Source: Armatimonadota bacterium
Lineage (GTDB): Bacteria > Sysuimicrobiota > Sysuimicrobiia > Sysuimicrobiales > Humicultoraceae
Direction of reading: 5' to 3'
DNA: 33,555 nucleotides
NCBI GenBank assembly: GCA_016198805.1
Contig: JACQHU010000019.1
Coordinates: 1-33,555, forward strand
The notes under the pieces are model-generated. The model had not been told where the DNA came from and ran no database searches. It saw nothing but the letters and a program-made list of their open reading frames with translations. A program made the translations under genes and the position numbers. This document shows positions 17,145-26,883 of this stretch, in pieces (the first letter of the stretch is position 1; each line of letters begins with the position of its first letter).

Positions 17145-18003
17145 GCGAGGCTCCGTCCCTCCCGGCCAGCGCGGCCAGAGCACTCACGAGCGCCTCGACG
17201 GTGAACAGCCCCGGCGGGAGCGGGACGCCGTCCTGCCGCAGCCAGTGCGCCAGGCGGGCCATCGGCGGCGCGTGGATCCGCGCAAGCGGCGACCGGCTCA
17301 ACTGATCGAACACCTGCCCGGTGGGGCCGTCCAGGACGATCCGGCCGGCGTCCAGCGCGACGATCCGCTCGGCGTCGGCCAGGTCCTCCAGCGTATGCGA
17401 GATGGCCACAATGGTCATCCCCTCGTCGCGATGAAGCGTGCGGACCGTCGCCAGCACCTCGGCCCGCCCCTCGGGGTCGAGCATCGTGGTGGCCTCGTCG
17501 AGGATCAGACATTCGGGATGCATGGCGAGAACGCCGGCGATGGCCACGCGCTGTTTCTGGCCGCCGGACAGCAGGTGCGGCGCATGCCGGCGGTAGGCGG
17601 TCATCCCCACGGTTGCCAGCGCCCGATCGACCCGCTCCCGGATCAGGGGGGACGGCAGCCCCAGGTTTTCCGGCCCGAAGGCCACGTCCTCATCCACGAC
17701 GGTCGCCACCAGCTGGTTGTCAGGATTCTGGAAGACCATCCCCACACGCCGGCGGATGGCAAGCGTGGCCGACCGGTCGCGGGTGTCCTGCCCGCCCACG
17801 ATCACGCGGCCGGACGCGGGCAGCAACAGCGCGTTGAAATGCTTGGCCAGCGTCGACTTGCCGGACCCATTCCCGCCGACGATCCCGACGTACTCGCCGC
17901 GGCCAATGGACAGCGACAGGCCGTCGAGGGCGACGACGGCCTGTGGCGTATGGGGGTGGTACGTATACCGGAGGTCGGTGACCTCGATGAAGGGTTGGCG
18001 CAC
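17137..18003 (-). CDS. ecfA1: ECF transporter ATPase A1
   Basis: GGNGSGKST, FQNPDNQ, LSGGQKQRVA and LDEATTMLDP motifs. Confidence 0.92.
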   Translation of the reverse strand: MRQPFIEVTDLRYTYHPHTPQAVVALDGLSLSIGRGEYVGIVGGNGSGKSTLAKHFNALLLPASGRVIVGGQDTRDRSATLAIRRRVGMVFQNPDNQLVATVVDEDVAFGPENLGLPSPLIRERVDRALATVGMTAYRRHAPHLLSGGQKQRVAIAGVLAMHPECLILDEATTMLDPEGRAEVLATVRTLHRDEGMTIVAISHTLEDLADAERIVALDAGRIVLDGPTGQVFDQLSRSPLARIHAPPMARLAHWLRQDGVPLPPGLFTVEALVSALAALAGRDGASHA

Positions 18004-18013
18004 CCCGTGGGGC

Positions 18014-18367
18014 CTACTTCACCAGCTCGACCAGCGCCATCTCCGCCCCGTCCCCGCGGCGCGTCCGGGTCTTGAGGATGCGGGTATACCCCCCGCGGCC
18101 GGGCCGATAGCGGGGGACGACGTCTGCGAACAGCCGCCGGAGCACCCGGGGGTCGGTCAGGAACCGGCGCACCTGGCGGCGGGCCTGCAGGTCTCCGCGC
18201 AGGGCGGTGGAGATGACACCGTCGGCGATCTTCTTGGTCTCCTTGGCCCTGGCATCGGTGGTCTCGATGCGATCATGCAGGATGAGCGCGCTGACCAGGT
18301 CCCGGAACAGCGCGCGGCGCTCACCCGTATCCCGGCCCAACTTGCGGCGCTTGGCCCCCAGTCCCAT
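18014..18367 (-). CDS. rplQ: 50S ribosomal protein L17
   Basis: RKLGR, IETTDARAKE and GGYTRILK..RRGDGAEMA motifs; follows rpoA. Confidence 0.95.
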   Translation of the reverse strand: MGLGAKRRKLGRDTGERRALFRDLVSALILHDRIETTDARAKETKKIADGVISTALRGDLQARRQVRRFLTDPRVLRRLFADVVPRYRPGRGGYTRILKTRTRRGDGAEMALVELVK

Positions 18368-18380
18368 CGGTCTCGCTCCC

Positions 18381-19343
18381 TTAGGCCTGGTCCGGCTGCC
18401 GCAGACTCAGGCCGTGCGCGGTGAGCTTTTCCTTGACCTCATCCAGCGACTTCCGCCCAAAGTTTTTGACGGCCACGACCTCTTCTTCGGTCTTCTTGAT
18501 CAGGTCGCCGACGGTGTGGATGCCCGCGCGCTTGAGGCAGTTGTAGGGTCGCACGGAGAGGTCAAGTTCCTCGATCGGCATGGCCATGGCGCGGGCGCGG
18601 TCGGGATCCTCGGTGACGCCGAACGGCGCCCCGGCCCCCGCCTCGTCGGCGATGCCGGCGAACAGCCGGAAGTGGTCGATGAGCAGGCGTGAGGCCTCCT
18701 GCAGCGCCTCCTCCGGCCGGATCGACCCGTCGGTCCAGATCTCCAGCACCAGGCGATCCAGGTCGGTGGCGTGCCCCACCCGCGTGTCTTCAACAATGTA
18801 GCTCACCTTGCGGATCGGCGAGAAGATCGAGTCGATGGGAATGACGCCGATCACGTGCTCGCTGCGGCGATGACGCTCCGCCGGGACGTACCCTTTCCCT
18901 CGCTCGACCACGATCTCCATCGCCAGCCGGGCGTCCTTGCGGTCCAGCGTGGCGAGATGCAGGTTGGGGTTGATGATCTCGACCTCGGGATCCTCCTGGA
19001 TATCGGCCGCGGTCACGTCCTTCTTCCCCTTCATGTCCAGCCGCAGCAGCTTGGGCTTGTCGGTGTAGAGCCGCAGCGTCAGCTCCTTGAGGTTCAGGAC
19101 GATCTGCGTCACATCTTCCACCACGCCCGGAATGGTCGAAAACTCATGCAGGACGCCGTCGATCTTCACCGAGGTGACGGCCGCCCCCGAAATCGACGAG
19201 AGCAGCACCCGGCGCAGGGCATTCCCCAGCGTCACGCCGAAGCCGTGATCCAGCGGCTCAACGACGAACTTCCCGTAGGTGTCTGAGAGTTCCGCGTACT
19301 CGACCTTGGGGGTCGGGGTTTCCCACAACGTGCCAATACTCAT
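18381..19343 (-). CDS. rpoA: RNA polymerase alpha subunit
   Basis: EPLDHGFGVTLGNALRRVLLS, HEFSTIPGV and the alphaCTD LSVRPYNCLKR..NFGRKS. Confidence 0.97.
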   Translation of the reverse strand: MSIGTLWETPTPKVEYAELSDTYGKFVVEPLDHGFGVTLGNALRRVLLSSISGAAVTSVKIDGVLHEFSTIPGVVEDVTQIVLNLKELTLRLYTDKPKLLRLDMKGKKDVTAADIQEDPEVEIINPNLHLATLDRKDARLAMEIVVERGKGYVPAERHRRSEHVIGVIPIDSIFSPIRKVSYIVEDTRVGHATDLDRLVLEIWTDGSIRPEEALQEASRLLIDHFRLFAGIADEAGAGAPFGVTEDPDRARAMAMPIEELDLSVRPYNCLKRAGIHTVGDLIKKTEEEVVAVKNFGRKSLDEVKEKLTAHGLSLRQPDQA

Positions 19344-19384
19344 GATCGGCTGACCTCCTGCCTCATGACTCGCCGCACGTGCGA

Positions 19385-20008
19385 TTACCGCGAGTAGTAC
19401 TCGACGATCAACTGCTCCTGGATCGGCACGTCGATCTCCTCACGCGCCGGCAGCGCCAGCACGCGGGCCTCAAGACGGCCCGGGTCGAACTCGAGCCACG
19501 AGGGGGGCTTGCGCCCGGGCGTGGCCACGAGTTCCTTCATCCGCGGATGGACGTGCTGCGGATCGCTGACCCCCACCGTCTGCCCGGGCCGGACCTGGTA
19601 GGACGGGATCGTGACCCGCTTCCCGTCCACCGCGAGGTGGCCGTGAGCGACCAGCTGCCGGGCTTCCTTGCGCGAGGACGCCAGCCCCAGGCGGTAGACG
19701 ACGTTGTCCAGCCGCGTCTCCAGCAACTGCAGCAGGCGCGTCCCGGTGACGGCCTTGGTCCTGGCCGCCCGCTGGAAGTAGGTCTTGAACTGGGTCTCGT
19801 ACAGCCCGTAGATCCGTCGCAGCTTCTGCTTCTCCCGCAACCGCACGCCGAACTCGCTCAGCTTCCGGCGGGACACCCCGTGCATGCCCGGCGGCTGCGG
19901 CCGCTTATGCACCGGGCACTTCTCGGTGTAGCACTTCTCGCCTTTGAGGTAGAGCTTCATCCCCTCGCGCCGGCAGAGCCGACAAACCGAACCGGTGTAC
20001 CGCCCCAT
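19385..20008 (-). CDS. rpsD: 30S ribosomal protein S4 (Zn-binding, four-Cys form)
   Basis: [10 protein letters not shown]....C, LREKQK and [13 protein letters not shown] motifs; ends IVEYYSR. Confidence 0.97.
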   Translation of the reverse strand: MGRYTGSVCRLCRREGMKLYLKGEKCYTEKCPVHKRPQPPGMHGVSRRKLSEFGVRLREKQKLRRIYGLYETQFKTYFQRAARTKAVTGTRLLQLLETRLDNVVYRLGLASSRKEARQLVAHGHLAVDGKRVTIPSYQVRPGQTVGVSDPQHVHPRMKELVATPGRKPPSWLEFDPGRLEARVLALPAREEIDVPIQEQLIVEYYSR

Positions 20009-20037
20009 GCGTGCCTCCTCCGCTCCGCGTCAGCCCA

Positions 20038-20068
20038 CCCCACAGATTCGCGTCGCGAATCTGCGGGG
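20038..20068 (-). other. Long GC-rich hairpin in the rpsK-rpsD intergenic region
   Basis: mRNA strand CCCCGCAGATTCGC-GAC-GCGAATCTGTGGGG: 14-bp stem with one G-U pair, no U tract. Confidence 0.7.
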
Positions 20069-20077
20069 ACCCCGGGC

Positions 20078-20467
20078 CTACACGCGCCGCCGCTTCGGCG
20101 GCCGGCAGCCGTTGTGCGGCACCGGCGTCACGTCTTTGATCAGGTTGACCTCGAGCCCGGCGGCCTGGAGCGACCGGATGGCCGCTTCACGGCCCGACCC
20201 CGGGCCACGGACCAGCACCTCGACCTGGCGCACGCCGTGCTCCATCGCCCTGCGCGCGGCGGTCTCGGCCGCCACGCTGGCCGCGAACGGGGTCCCCTTG
20301 CGCGACCCCTTGAAGCCCACGGTGCCAGCGCTCGCCCAGGCGACGACGTTGCCCTGGCCGTCGGTGATCGTGACCATGGTGTTGTTGAAGCTCGACCGGA
20401 TGTGGGCGACGCCCACCGGGATGTTCTTGCGCTCGCGCTTGCGCGCGCGACTGGGTTTGTTGGCCAT
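20078..20467 (-). CDS. rpsK: 30S ribosomal protein S11
   Basis: [18 protein letters not shown] and [13 protein letters not shown] motifs. Confidence 0.97.
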   Translation of the reverse strand: MANKPSRARKRERKNIPVGVAHIRSSFNNTMVTITDGQGNVVAWASAGTVGFKGSRKGTPFAASVAAETAARRAMEHGVRQVEVLVRGPGSGREAAIRSLQAAGLEVNLIKDVTPVPHNGCRPPKRRRV

Positions 20468-20479
20468 CTGCTGCTCCTT

Positions 20480-20905
20480 CTAGGATTTCGCGGCCGGCGC
20501 AGGCGCCGCAGGCCCGGCCGCCGACGGTCCGGCTGCCGCCTTCCGGCGCACGCCGACCGTCTTCTTCGGGCCCTTGCGCGTCCTGGCGTTGGTCCTGGTC
20601 CGCTGCCCCCGCACCGGGAGGCTCCGCTTGTGCCGGATACCCCGGTAGGAGCCGATCTCGACCAGGCGGCGGATGTCCATGGCGATGTCGCGCCGCAGGT
20701 CGCCCTCCACCTTGTAGTTCCGCTCGATGTACTCCCGCAGCCGCGTCACCTCGTCCTCGGCCAGCGCCCGCACCCGGGTGTCGGGACTCACGCCTGTGGC
20801 GCGGCAGATCGCCTTGGCCCGGCTGGGCCCGATCCCGAAAATGTACGGCAGGGCCGCTTCGATCCGTTTGTCCCGCGGCAGGTCCACTCCCGCAATGCGT
20901 GCCAT
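20480..20905 (-). CDS. rpsM: 30S ribosomal protein S13
   Basis: [10 protein letters not shown] and [17 protein letters not shown] motifs. Confidence 0.97.
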   Translation of the reverse strand: MARIAGVDLPRDKRIEAALPYIFGIGPSRAKAICRATGVSPDTRVRALAEDEVTRLREYIERNYKVEGDLRRDIAMDIRRLVEIGSYRGIRHKRSLPVRGQRTRTNARTRKGPKKTVGVRRKAAAGPSAAGPAAPAPAAKS

Positions 20906-20915
20906 AGGGTGCCTC

Positions 20916-21029
20916 CTAGCCCTGCTTCTGCTTGTGCTTCGGGTTCTCGCAGATCACGCGGACCCGCCGCCCGCGCTTCACGATCTTGCACTTCTCACAC
21001 ATGATGCGCACCGATGCTCTGACTTTCAT
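20916..21029 (-). CDS. rpmJ: 50S ribosomal protein L36 (not in the ORF track)
   Basis: Manual translation [37 protein letters not shown]; C-C-C-H zinc ribbon. Confidence 0.96.
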   Translation of the reverse strand: MKVRASVRIMCEKCKIVKRGRRVRVICENPKHKQKQG

Positions 21030-21055
21030 CGTCAGGACTCCCTTCGCGCCGCGCC

Positions 21056-21274
21056 CTACCGATACCGGTAGGTGATCCGACCGCGGGTCGGATCATACGG
21101 CGATAGCTCGACCTTCACGCGATCGCCCGGCAGGATCCGGATGAAGTGGATCCGCATCTTACCCGAAATGTGCGCGAGCACCTTGTGCCCGCTGGCCAGG
21201 GTGACCCGAAACATGGCGTTGGGCAACACCTCGGAAACGGTGCCTTCCACTTCGATCGCGTCCTGCTTGGTCAT
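21056..21274 (-). CDS. infA: Translation initiation factor IF-1
   Basis: [17 protein letters not shown] and [22 protein letters not shown] motifs. Confidence 0.97.
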   Translation of the reverse strand: MTKQDAIEVEGTVSEVLPNAMFRVTLASGHKVLAHISGKMRIHFIRILPGDRVKVELSPYDPTRGRITYRYR

Positions 21275-21561
21275 TCGCCCTCCTGATGCGCGTCCAGGAC
21301 GTCGCGCAACTCCTCGTCGGTGGCGCGCCCCCCGTCACGCAAGCGCGCCGCCAGCGCCCCCGCGGGGCCGTGGACCTGCAGGTGCTTGACATTCTTCTTC
21401 TTGGGGCGGTCCGCCCCCCGGCGGCGACCGTCGGCCACCAGCACCATCTCACCGCCCGCGGTCCCGACCACCACGTAGCGATCTCCCGCGTCACGCCCGG
21501 CCCGCGACGTCACCACCATACCAACCAGCCCGTGCGCAGGGCGCCCTGCCGCGTCGTCCAC
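21271..21561 (-). CDS. KOW-domain RNA-binding protein (L14e-like), start uncertain
   Basis: [15 protein letters not shown] and LVADGRRR...[11 protein letters not shown] motifs; located between map and infA. Confidence 0.85.
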   Translation of the reverse strand: MDDAAGRPAHGLVGMVVTSRAGRDAGDRYVVVGTAGGEMVLVADGRRRGADRPKKKNVKHLQVHGPAGALAARLRDGGRATDEELRDVLDAHQEGE

Positions 21562-21577
21562 AGTCGTCCACAAATGT

Positions 21578-22360
21578 TCAGTATATGGTCCCGGCGCCAT
21601 TGCGTCCAGTCAGGATCTCAGGACCGTCCGGCGTGATCGCCACCGTATGCTCGGCGTGCGCCGACAGCGAGCGATCGCGGGTCCGCACCGTCCAGCCATC
21701 CTCCTCGATGACTACGTCGGCACCCCCCATGTTCACCATGGGTTCGATGGCCAGGGTCATGCCCACGACCAGGGGGGAGCCGGTTCCGGGGCGGCCGACG
21801 TTGGGAACCTGCGGATCCTCGTGCAACTGCCGGCCGATGCCGTGCCCGGCGAAGTCGCGGACGGCCGAGAATCCGGCCGCCTCCACCACCGCCTGGATGG
21901 CCCAGCTTACGTCCCCCAGGCGGGCGCCGGGCCGCGCCTCAGCGATCCCCCGGGCCAGCGCCTCCTCGGCGACCTCCAGGAGGCGGCGGACCGGCGGCGA
22001 GACATCGCCGACCGGGACCGTCTTCGCCACGTCGGCGTGGAACCCGTCCAGCAGGACGCCCAGATCGATGGACACGATCTCCCCGGCCTGCAGGACCCGC
22101 GGACCCGGGATGCCGTGAACGACCTCCTCATCGACCGAGGTGCAGATGCTCTTGGGGAACCCCCGGTAGTTCTTGAACGACGGGATCCCCCTATGGCGGC
22201 GGATGAACTCCTCGGCGATCCGATCCAGCGCCGCCGTGGAGACCCCCGACCGCGCCGCCCGCGTCACCGCCTCAAGCGCCCGGGCCGCCAGCTGTCCGGC
22301 GCGACGCATCCGGTCCAGGTCTTCCGCGGTCTTCAGGACGATCATCTCTCCGAGCGTCAT
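21578..22360 (-). CDS. map: Methionine aminopeptidase type I
   Basis: SVDEEVVHGIP, GHGIG..LHEDP, AIEPMVN and SAHAEHTV motifs; start 22360 (ATGA overlap with adk) or 22345. Confidence 0.96.
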   Translation of the reverse strand: MTLGEMIVLKTAEDLDRMRRAGQLAARALEAVTRAARSGVSTAALDRIAEEFIRRHRGIPSFKNYRGFPKSICTSVDEEVVHGIPGPRVLQAGEIVSIDLGVLLDGFHADVAKTVPVGDVSPPVRRLLEVAEEALARGIAEARPGARLGDVSWAIQAVVEAAGFSAVRDFAGHGIGRQLHEDPQVPNVGRPGTGSPLVVGMTLAIEPMVNMGGADVVIEEDGWTVRTRDRSLSAHAEHTVAITPDGPEILTGRNGAGTIY

Positions 22361-23013
22361 CGGCACACCGGCGGGGCGATCAGCGCCAGCAGGACGCGGT
22401 AGATCGCCTCGACGTCGCCCTCGGCATTCAGCATCGCGTAGAGCCCCCGCGCCCGATAGAAAGCCAGCAGGGGCTCGGTCTGCTCGCGGTACACCTGGAG
22501 CCGCCGGCGCACAGTCTCCGGCCGATCGTCCTCCCGGGTGTAGAGGGGGCTGCCGTCGACGTCGCAGACGCCGGGCGTCTTCGGCAGGTTGGAGTGGACG
22601 TTGTAGATGTGCCCCTGAGCCCGGCAGAGCATGCGGCCGCTCAGCCTCTTGATCAGGGTGGTCTCGCTCACCTCGAAGTAGATCACGCGGTCGAGATGCC
22701 GGTTCATCCCGGCCAGGACCGCCTCCAGGGCCTCGGCCTGGGCGATTGTCCGCGGAAAGCCGTCGAGGACGAACCCGGCCGAGGTGTCCTCCTGCTGGAG
22801 CCGATCGGCGACGAGGCCGATCATCACGGCGTCGGGCACCAGCTCGCCGGCCCGCACGTATCGCTCGGCCTCCCGGCCCAGCGGCGTCCCCGCCGCGCTG
22901 GCGGCGCGCAGCATGTCGCCGGTCGCGATCTGGGGAATCCCCTCACGCTGGTGCAGGAGCCGGGCCTGCGTGCCCTTGCCGGCACCGTTGGGGCCCAGGA
23001 AGATCAGGTTCAT
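22357..23013 (-). CDS. adk: Adenylate kinase
   Basis: GPNGAGKGTQA, TGDMLR, LDGFPRT and REDD motifs; LID domain present. Confidence 0.96.
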   Translation of the reverse strand: MNLIFLGPNGAGKGTQARLLHQREGIPQIATGDMLRAASAAGTPLGREAERYVRAGELVPDAVMIGLVADRLQQEDTSAGFVLDGFPRTIAQAEALEAVLAGMNRHLDRVIYFEVSETTLIKRLSGRMLCRAQGHIYNVHSNLPKTPGVCDVDGSPLYTREDDRPETVRRRLQVYREQTEPLLAFYRARGLYAMLNAEGDVEAIYRVLLALIAPPVCR

Positions 23014-23020
23014 CGCCCGC

Positions 23021-24295
23021 TCACTTCATGAACCCTTCGTAGTGGCGCATCAGGACATACGCCTCGAGTTGCTTCATCGTCTCCAGCGCGACGCCCACGA
23101 CGATGAGCAGGGACGTGCCGGCCAGGTACAGGGTCAGCACGCCGGTGCCGCGGGAGAGGTAGACGGGCGCGATCGCAATAGTGGCCAGGGTCAGCGCGCC
23201 CACGAATGTCAGGCGCTCGGTCACGCGCGCCAGGTAGTCGCTGGTCGGCTTGCCCGGCCGGATGCCGGGGATGAAGCCGCCGTACTTCTTGATGTTATTG
23301 GACACGTCATTGGGATCGAACTGCGTGGCCGTGTAGAAGTACGTGAACAGGATGATCAACACAAAGTAGAGGGCGTCGCCCAGCGGCTGACCCGGGAGGA
23401 TCCTCTGGCCCCAGATGCGGAGCCATTCCACACGGGAAAACTGCGCGATCGTCCCCGGGAACTGCAGGACCGAGACCGCGAAGATGATGGGGATGACGCC
23501 GGCCTGGATCAGCCGCATGGGCAGATGGGTGGACTGTCCCTGGTACACGCGGCGGCCCACCACCCGCTTGGCGTACTGGACCGGAATCTTGCGGAGCGCC
23601 TGGGTCATGATGATCACGGCCACGATGCTGGCCAGGATGACCAGCACGTCGAGGAAGAACGAGAGCACTCTCACTTCGCCGGCGCGCATCAGCGTCAGCG
23701 TCTGCCCGATCTGCGCCGGCAGGCGGGCGACGATGCCCCCAAAAATGATGAGCGAGACGCCGTTGCCGACCCCGTACTCGGTCATGATCTCGCCCATCCA
23801 GGTCAGCAGCATCGTCCCGGCCACCAGCGTCACCAGGATCGTGCCGACGACCAGCGGCCGGCTTTCGTAGACGGCCCCCTGGGTGCTGATAATGTAGTAC
23901 TGGCTCCAGGCCTGGAGGAACGCCAGCGCGACGGTCAGATACCGCGTGTACATGCCCAGGCGCCGCCGGCCTGCTTCGCCTTCCTCGGTCGCCATCTCTT
24001 TGAGGCGCGGGAAGACCACCTGGAGCAGGCTGAAGATAATGGAGGCGGTAATGTACGGGAACACGCCCAGCGCGAAGATGGCGAAGCGGGACAGCGCGCC
24101 GCCCACGAACAGGTCGTAGAAGCTGAACAGGGTGCCCTGCTGCTGGAACAGCTGCTCGATCCGCGACACGTCCACTCCGGGCACCGGCAGGTGCGATCCC
24201 AGCCGGAACAGCGCCAGCATCCCCGCCGTGAAGAGCAGGCGGCGCCGCAGATCCGGGATCCGCAGCGGGTTGGAGAGGGAGCGGACCTGCATCAT
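23021..24295 (-). CDS. secY: Preprotein translocase SecY
   Basis: LGVFPYITASII, GVGNGVSLII, FIPGIRPG and GTSLLIVVGV motifs. Confidence 0.97.
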   Translation of the reverse strand: MMQVRSLSNPLRIPDLRRRLLFTAGMLALFRLGSHLPVPGVDVSRIEQLFQQQGTLFSFYDLFVGGALSRFAIFALGVFPYITASIIFSLLQVVFPRLKEMATEEGEAGRRRLGMYTRYLTVALAFLQAWSQYYIISTQGAVYESRPLVVGTILVTLVAGTMLLTWMGEIMTEYGVGNGVSLIIFGGIVARLPAQIGQTLTLMRAGEVRVLSFFLDVLVILASIVAVIIMTQALRKIPVQYAKRVVGRRVYQGQSTHLPMRLIQAGVIPIIFAVSVLQFPGTIAQFSRVEWLRIWGQRILPGQPLGDALYFVLIILFTYFYTATQFDPNDVSNNIKKYGGFIPGIRPGKPTSDYLARVTERLTFVGALTLATIAIAPVYLSRGTGVLTLYLAGTSLLIVVGVALETMKQLEAYVLMRHYEGFMK

Positions 24296-24762
24296 CGCTC
24301 GAGCACCTCGGCGCGGCCGCCTGCGGCCTCGATGGCCCGGCGGGCCCCCGCAGAGAAAGCGTGCGCGCGGACGGTCAAGACATGGGTGAGCCGGCCGGTG
24401 GCCAGCACTTTCACCGGTCCTGTCCCGACCAGGCCGGCGCCCCGTAGAATGGCCGGCGTGACCTCGCTGCCGGCCGGGAAGCGGTTGAGATCGCGCAGCC
24501 GGATTTCCTGCACGAGAGGCCTGGGCTTCCCGCCGGTCATGTTGCTGCCAGCCCCGCGCACCCCTCGCCGGAACGGGAGTCGCTTGAACAGCGGCGTCTG
24601 GCCGCCTTCAAATCCCGGCCGCGGCCCGGATCCCGAGCGGGCCTTCTGCCCCTTGCGCCCCTTACCGGCGTAGGCCCCCCGGCCGGAGCCCAGACCCCGG
24701 CCGACCCGGCGCCGTCGCCGGTGCGCGCCTTTGGGCGGCCTCAGATCCGTGATCGTGATCAT
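24292..24762 (-). CDS. rplO: 50S ribosomal protein L15
   Basis: RVGRGLGSGRG...G.G.KGQKARSG and GFEGGQTPL motifs. Confidence 0.95.
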   Translation of the reverse strand: MITITDLRPPKGAHRRRRRVGRGLGSGRGAYAGKGRKGQKARSGSGPRPGFEGGQTPLFKRLPFRRGVRGAGSNMTGGKPRPLVQEIRLRDLNRFPAGSEVTPAILRGAGLVGTGPVKVLATGRLTHVLTVRAHAFSAGARRAIEAAGGRAEVLER

Positions 24763-24962
24763 CGCGTTCCCCCTGCCTGGCCGTTCCCGTCGTCCACGTC
24801 CACCAGGTGCGTGACGCGCCGCAGCATGCCCGCAAGGCGAGGCGAGCGCGGCCGTTCGACCGTCTGGCCGATCCGTCGCAGCCCCAGGGTCCGCAGGATC
24901 GCCTGCTGCTGGGCGGGGCGTCCGTGGAGGCTGCGGCGCAGCGTGATCCGCACGCGCCCCAT
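24759..24962 (-). CDS. rpmD: 50S ribosomal protein L30
   Basis: [13 protein letters not shown]......[13 protein letters not shown] and [10 protein letters not shown] motifs; ATG 24962. Confidence 0.92.
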   Translation of the reverse strand: MGRVRITLRRSLHGRPAQQQAILRTLGLRRIGQTVERPRSPRLAGMLRRVTHLVDVDDGNGQAGGTR

Positions 24963-24963
24963 C

Positions 24964-25476
24964 CTACGTCCTCCGACCGGCCAGCTCAACCTGCCGGCCC
25001 CGGAGCCGGGACACGTCCTCGGGCAGGCGCAGCGCCTCCAGCCCGGCGAGCGTGGCCCGGGCGACATTGATCGGGTTGGTGGAGCCCAGGGCCTTGGTCA
25101 GGACGTCCTTGATCCCTGCCGCGTTGAGCACCGCGCGCACGGCGCCGCCGGCGATAACGCCGGTCCCCGGCGACGCCGGCCGGAGCAGCACGCGGGCCGC
25201 CCCGTAAGTGCCGATCACCTCGTGGGGGATCGTTGTCCCGATGCGGGGCACGGCGATCAGGGCCTTCTTCGAGTCTTCCACGCCCTTGCGGATCGCATCC
25301 GGAACCTCGGCGGCCTTCCCCAGCCCGACCCCGACATGGCCGTTCTCGTCGCCCACGACCACCAGCGCGCTGAAGTTGAACCGCTTCGCGCCCTTGGTCA
25401 CCTTGGCGACCCGGTTGATGAACACCGCCTTCTCGACGGTCAGGTTGATGCTGGACGAATCGATGCGCTGTGCCAC
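24964..25476 (-). CDS. rpsE: 30S ribosomal protein S5
   Basis: [19 protein letters not shown] and [11 protein letters not shown] motifs. Confidence 0.97.
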   Translation of the reverse strand: MAQRIDSSSINLTVEKAVFINRVAKVTKGAKRFNFSALVVVGDENGHVGVGLGKAAEVPDAIRKGVEDSKKALIAVPRIGTTIPHEVIGTYGAARVLLRPASPGTGVIAGGAVRAVLNAAGIKDVLTKALGSTNPINVARATLAGLEALRLPEDVSRLRGRQVELAGRRT

Positions 25477-25491
25477 GTCACTCCTCCTGAG

Positions 25492-25860
25492 CTAGAACTG
25501 CAGGCCGCCGGCGCGGGCTCCTTCGGCCAGCGACCGGACCCGGCCGTGGAAGAGGTACCCTCCCCGGTCGAAGACGACCGCGGTGATGCCCCGGCTCCTC
25601 GCGCGCTGGGCCGTGATCTCCCCGACGACGGCCGCGGCGTCGGCCTTCTTCTTGCCAGCAAGGCGCTCGCGGACCTCCGGATCCAGGGTCGAGGCGGCCA
25701 CCAGCGTCCGGCCGCTGGCATCGTCGATCACCTGGGCGTAGATGTGCTGCAGGCTGCGAAACACCGAGAGCCGGGGACGCGCGGGGACGCCCGCGAGGCG
25801 CCGCCGGGCCCGCAGGTGCCGGCGCTGCCGGAGCACGTTGCGATCGGTGCGTTTGAGCAT
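25492..25860 (-). CDS. rplR: 50S ribosomal protein L18
   Basis: [14 protein letters not shown] and VFDRGGY.FHGRV motifs. Confidence 0.97.
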   Translation of the reverse strand: MLKRTDRNVLRQRRHLRARRRLAGVPARPRLSVFRSLQHIYAQVIDDASGRTLVAASTLDPEVRERLAGKKKADAAAVVGEITAQRARSRGITAVVFDRGGYLFHGRVRSLAEGARAGGLQF

Positions 25861-25887
25861 CGCTCTTCCCTCTCCCTGGCCGGTAGG

Positions 25888-26439
25888 CTACGCCTTGCCG
25901 GCGGTCTTCCCGGCCTTGCCGGCCTTCAACCGCAGGCGCTCGCCGACGTAGCGGATGCCTTTGCCCTTGTACGGATCCGGCGGACGGATCGCGCGCACCG
26001 TCGCCGCCATCTGGCCGACCAGTGCCTTGTCCGTGCCGGTGATGACCAGGCGGTTAGGCTGCGGGACCTCGATCTCGACGCCCGCCGGAGGCGTCACCTC
26101 CACCGGGTGCGAAAACCCGACCTGGAGGGTCACCTGGCGGCCCTGTTTGATGGCACGGTAGCCGACGCCGTGAATCTCCAGTTCGATCCGGTACCCATCC
26201 ACGACGCCTTTCACCATGTTCGCGATCAGCGCCCGGGTCAGCCCGTGCAGCGCCCGGTGGTGGCGCTGATCGGTGGGCCGGTTCACGGTCACGCGCCGGT
26301 CTCCGACCCCGACCTGGATGTCGGGATGGACCTGGCGGACCAGCGTGCCCCTGGGCCCTGTGACCTCCACGGTCCGCCCCGACACCGAGACGGTGACACC
26401 CTGTGGCAGGACCACGGGCAGTCGCCCGATGCGTGACAT
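25888..26439 (-). CDS. rplF: 50S ribosomal protein L6
   Basis: MSRIGR.P and RPPDPYKGKGIRY motifs. Confidence 0.97.
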   Translation of the reverse strand: MSRIGRLPVVLPQGVTVSVSGRTVEVTGPRGTLVRQVHPDIQVGVGDRRVTVNRPTDQRHHRALHGLTRALIANMVKGVVDGYRIELEIHGVGYRAIKQGRQVTLQVGFSHPVEVTPPAGVEIEVPQPNRLVITGTDKALVGQMAATVRAIRPPDPYKGKGIRYVGERLRLKAGKAGKTAGKA

Positions 26440-26466
26440 CGTTACGCCCTCCTCCGGCCGGCGCGG

Positions 26467-26871
26467 CTACCAGACATAGCAGATGACCTCGCCGCCCACA
26501 CCGTGCCGCCGCGCCTCCCGGTCGGTCATGATGCCCCGCGAGGTGGAGACGATCGCCACGCCGAGCCCTCGGCGGACCTGCGGCAGGCTGACCCGCTTGG
26601 CGTAGATCCGCAGGCCGGGTCGGCTGACCCGGCGGACGCCGGTCAGAACCTGTTGCCGCTTGGGCCCGTACCGGAGCTGCAGCCGCAGCTGGTTCTGCGG
26701 CTTGCGCTCGATGACCTGATAGTCGGCGATGAACCCTTCGGCCTTGAGAATCTTGGCGATCTCGACCTTCATTCGGCTCAATGGAACGAGTACGTGGTCA
26801 TGCCTGGCGGCGTTGGCGTTGCGCAGCCGCGTCAGCATGTCCGCGATCGAATCGGTAATCACTCCACCCAC
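26467..26871 (-). CDS. rpsH: 30S ribosomal protein S8
   Basis: [21 protein letters not shown] and STSRGIMT...AR...VGGEVI motifs. Confidence 0.97.
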   Translation of the reverse strand: MGGVITDSIADMLTRLRNANAARHDHVLVPLSRMKVEIAKILKAEGFIADYQVIERKPQNQLRLQLRYGPKRQQVLTGVRRVSRPGLRIYAKRVSLPQVRRGLGVAIVSTSRGIMTDREARRHGVGGEVICYVW

Positions 26872-26883
26872 GGGACGCCCTCC

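Noticed and set aside
21552-21571. Tandem repeat GTCGTCCACA x2 upstream of the KOW gene
   Set aside because: Only two copies at a gene junction, with no spacers. It is not CRISPR-like and has no evident function.
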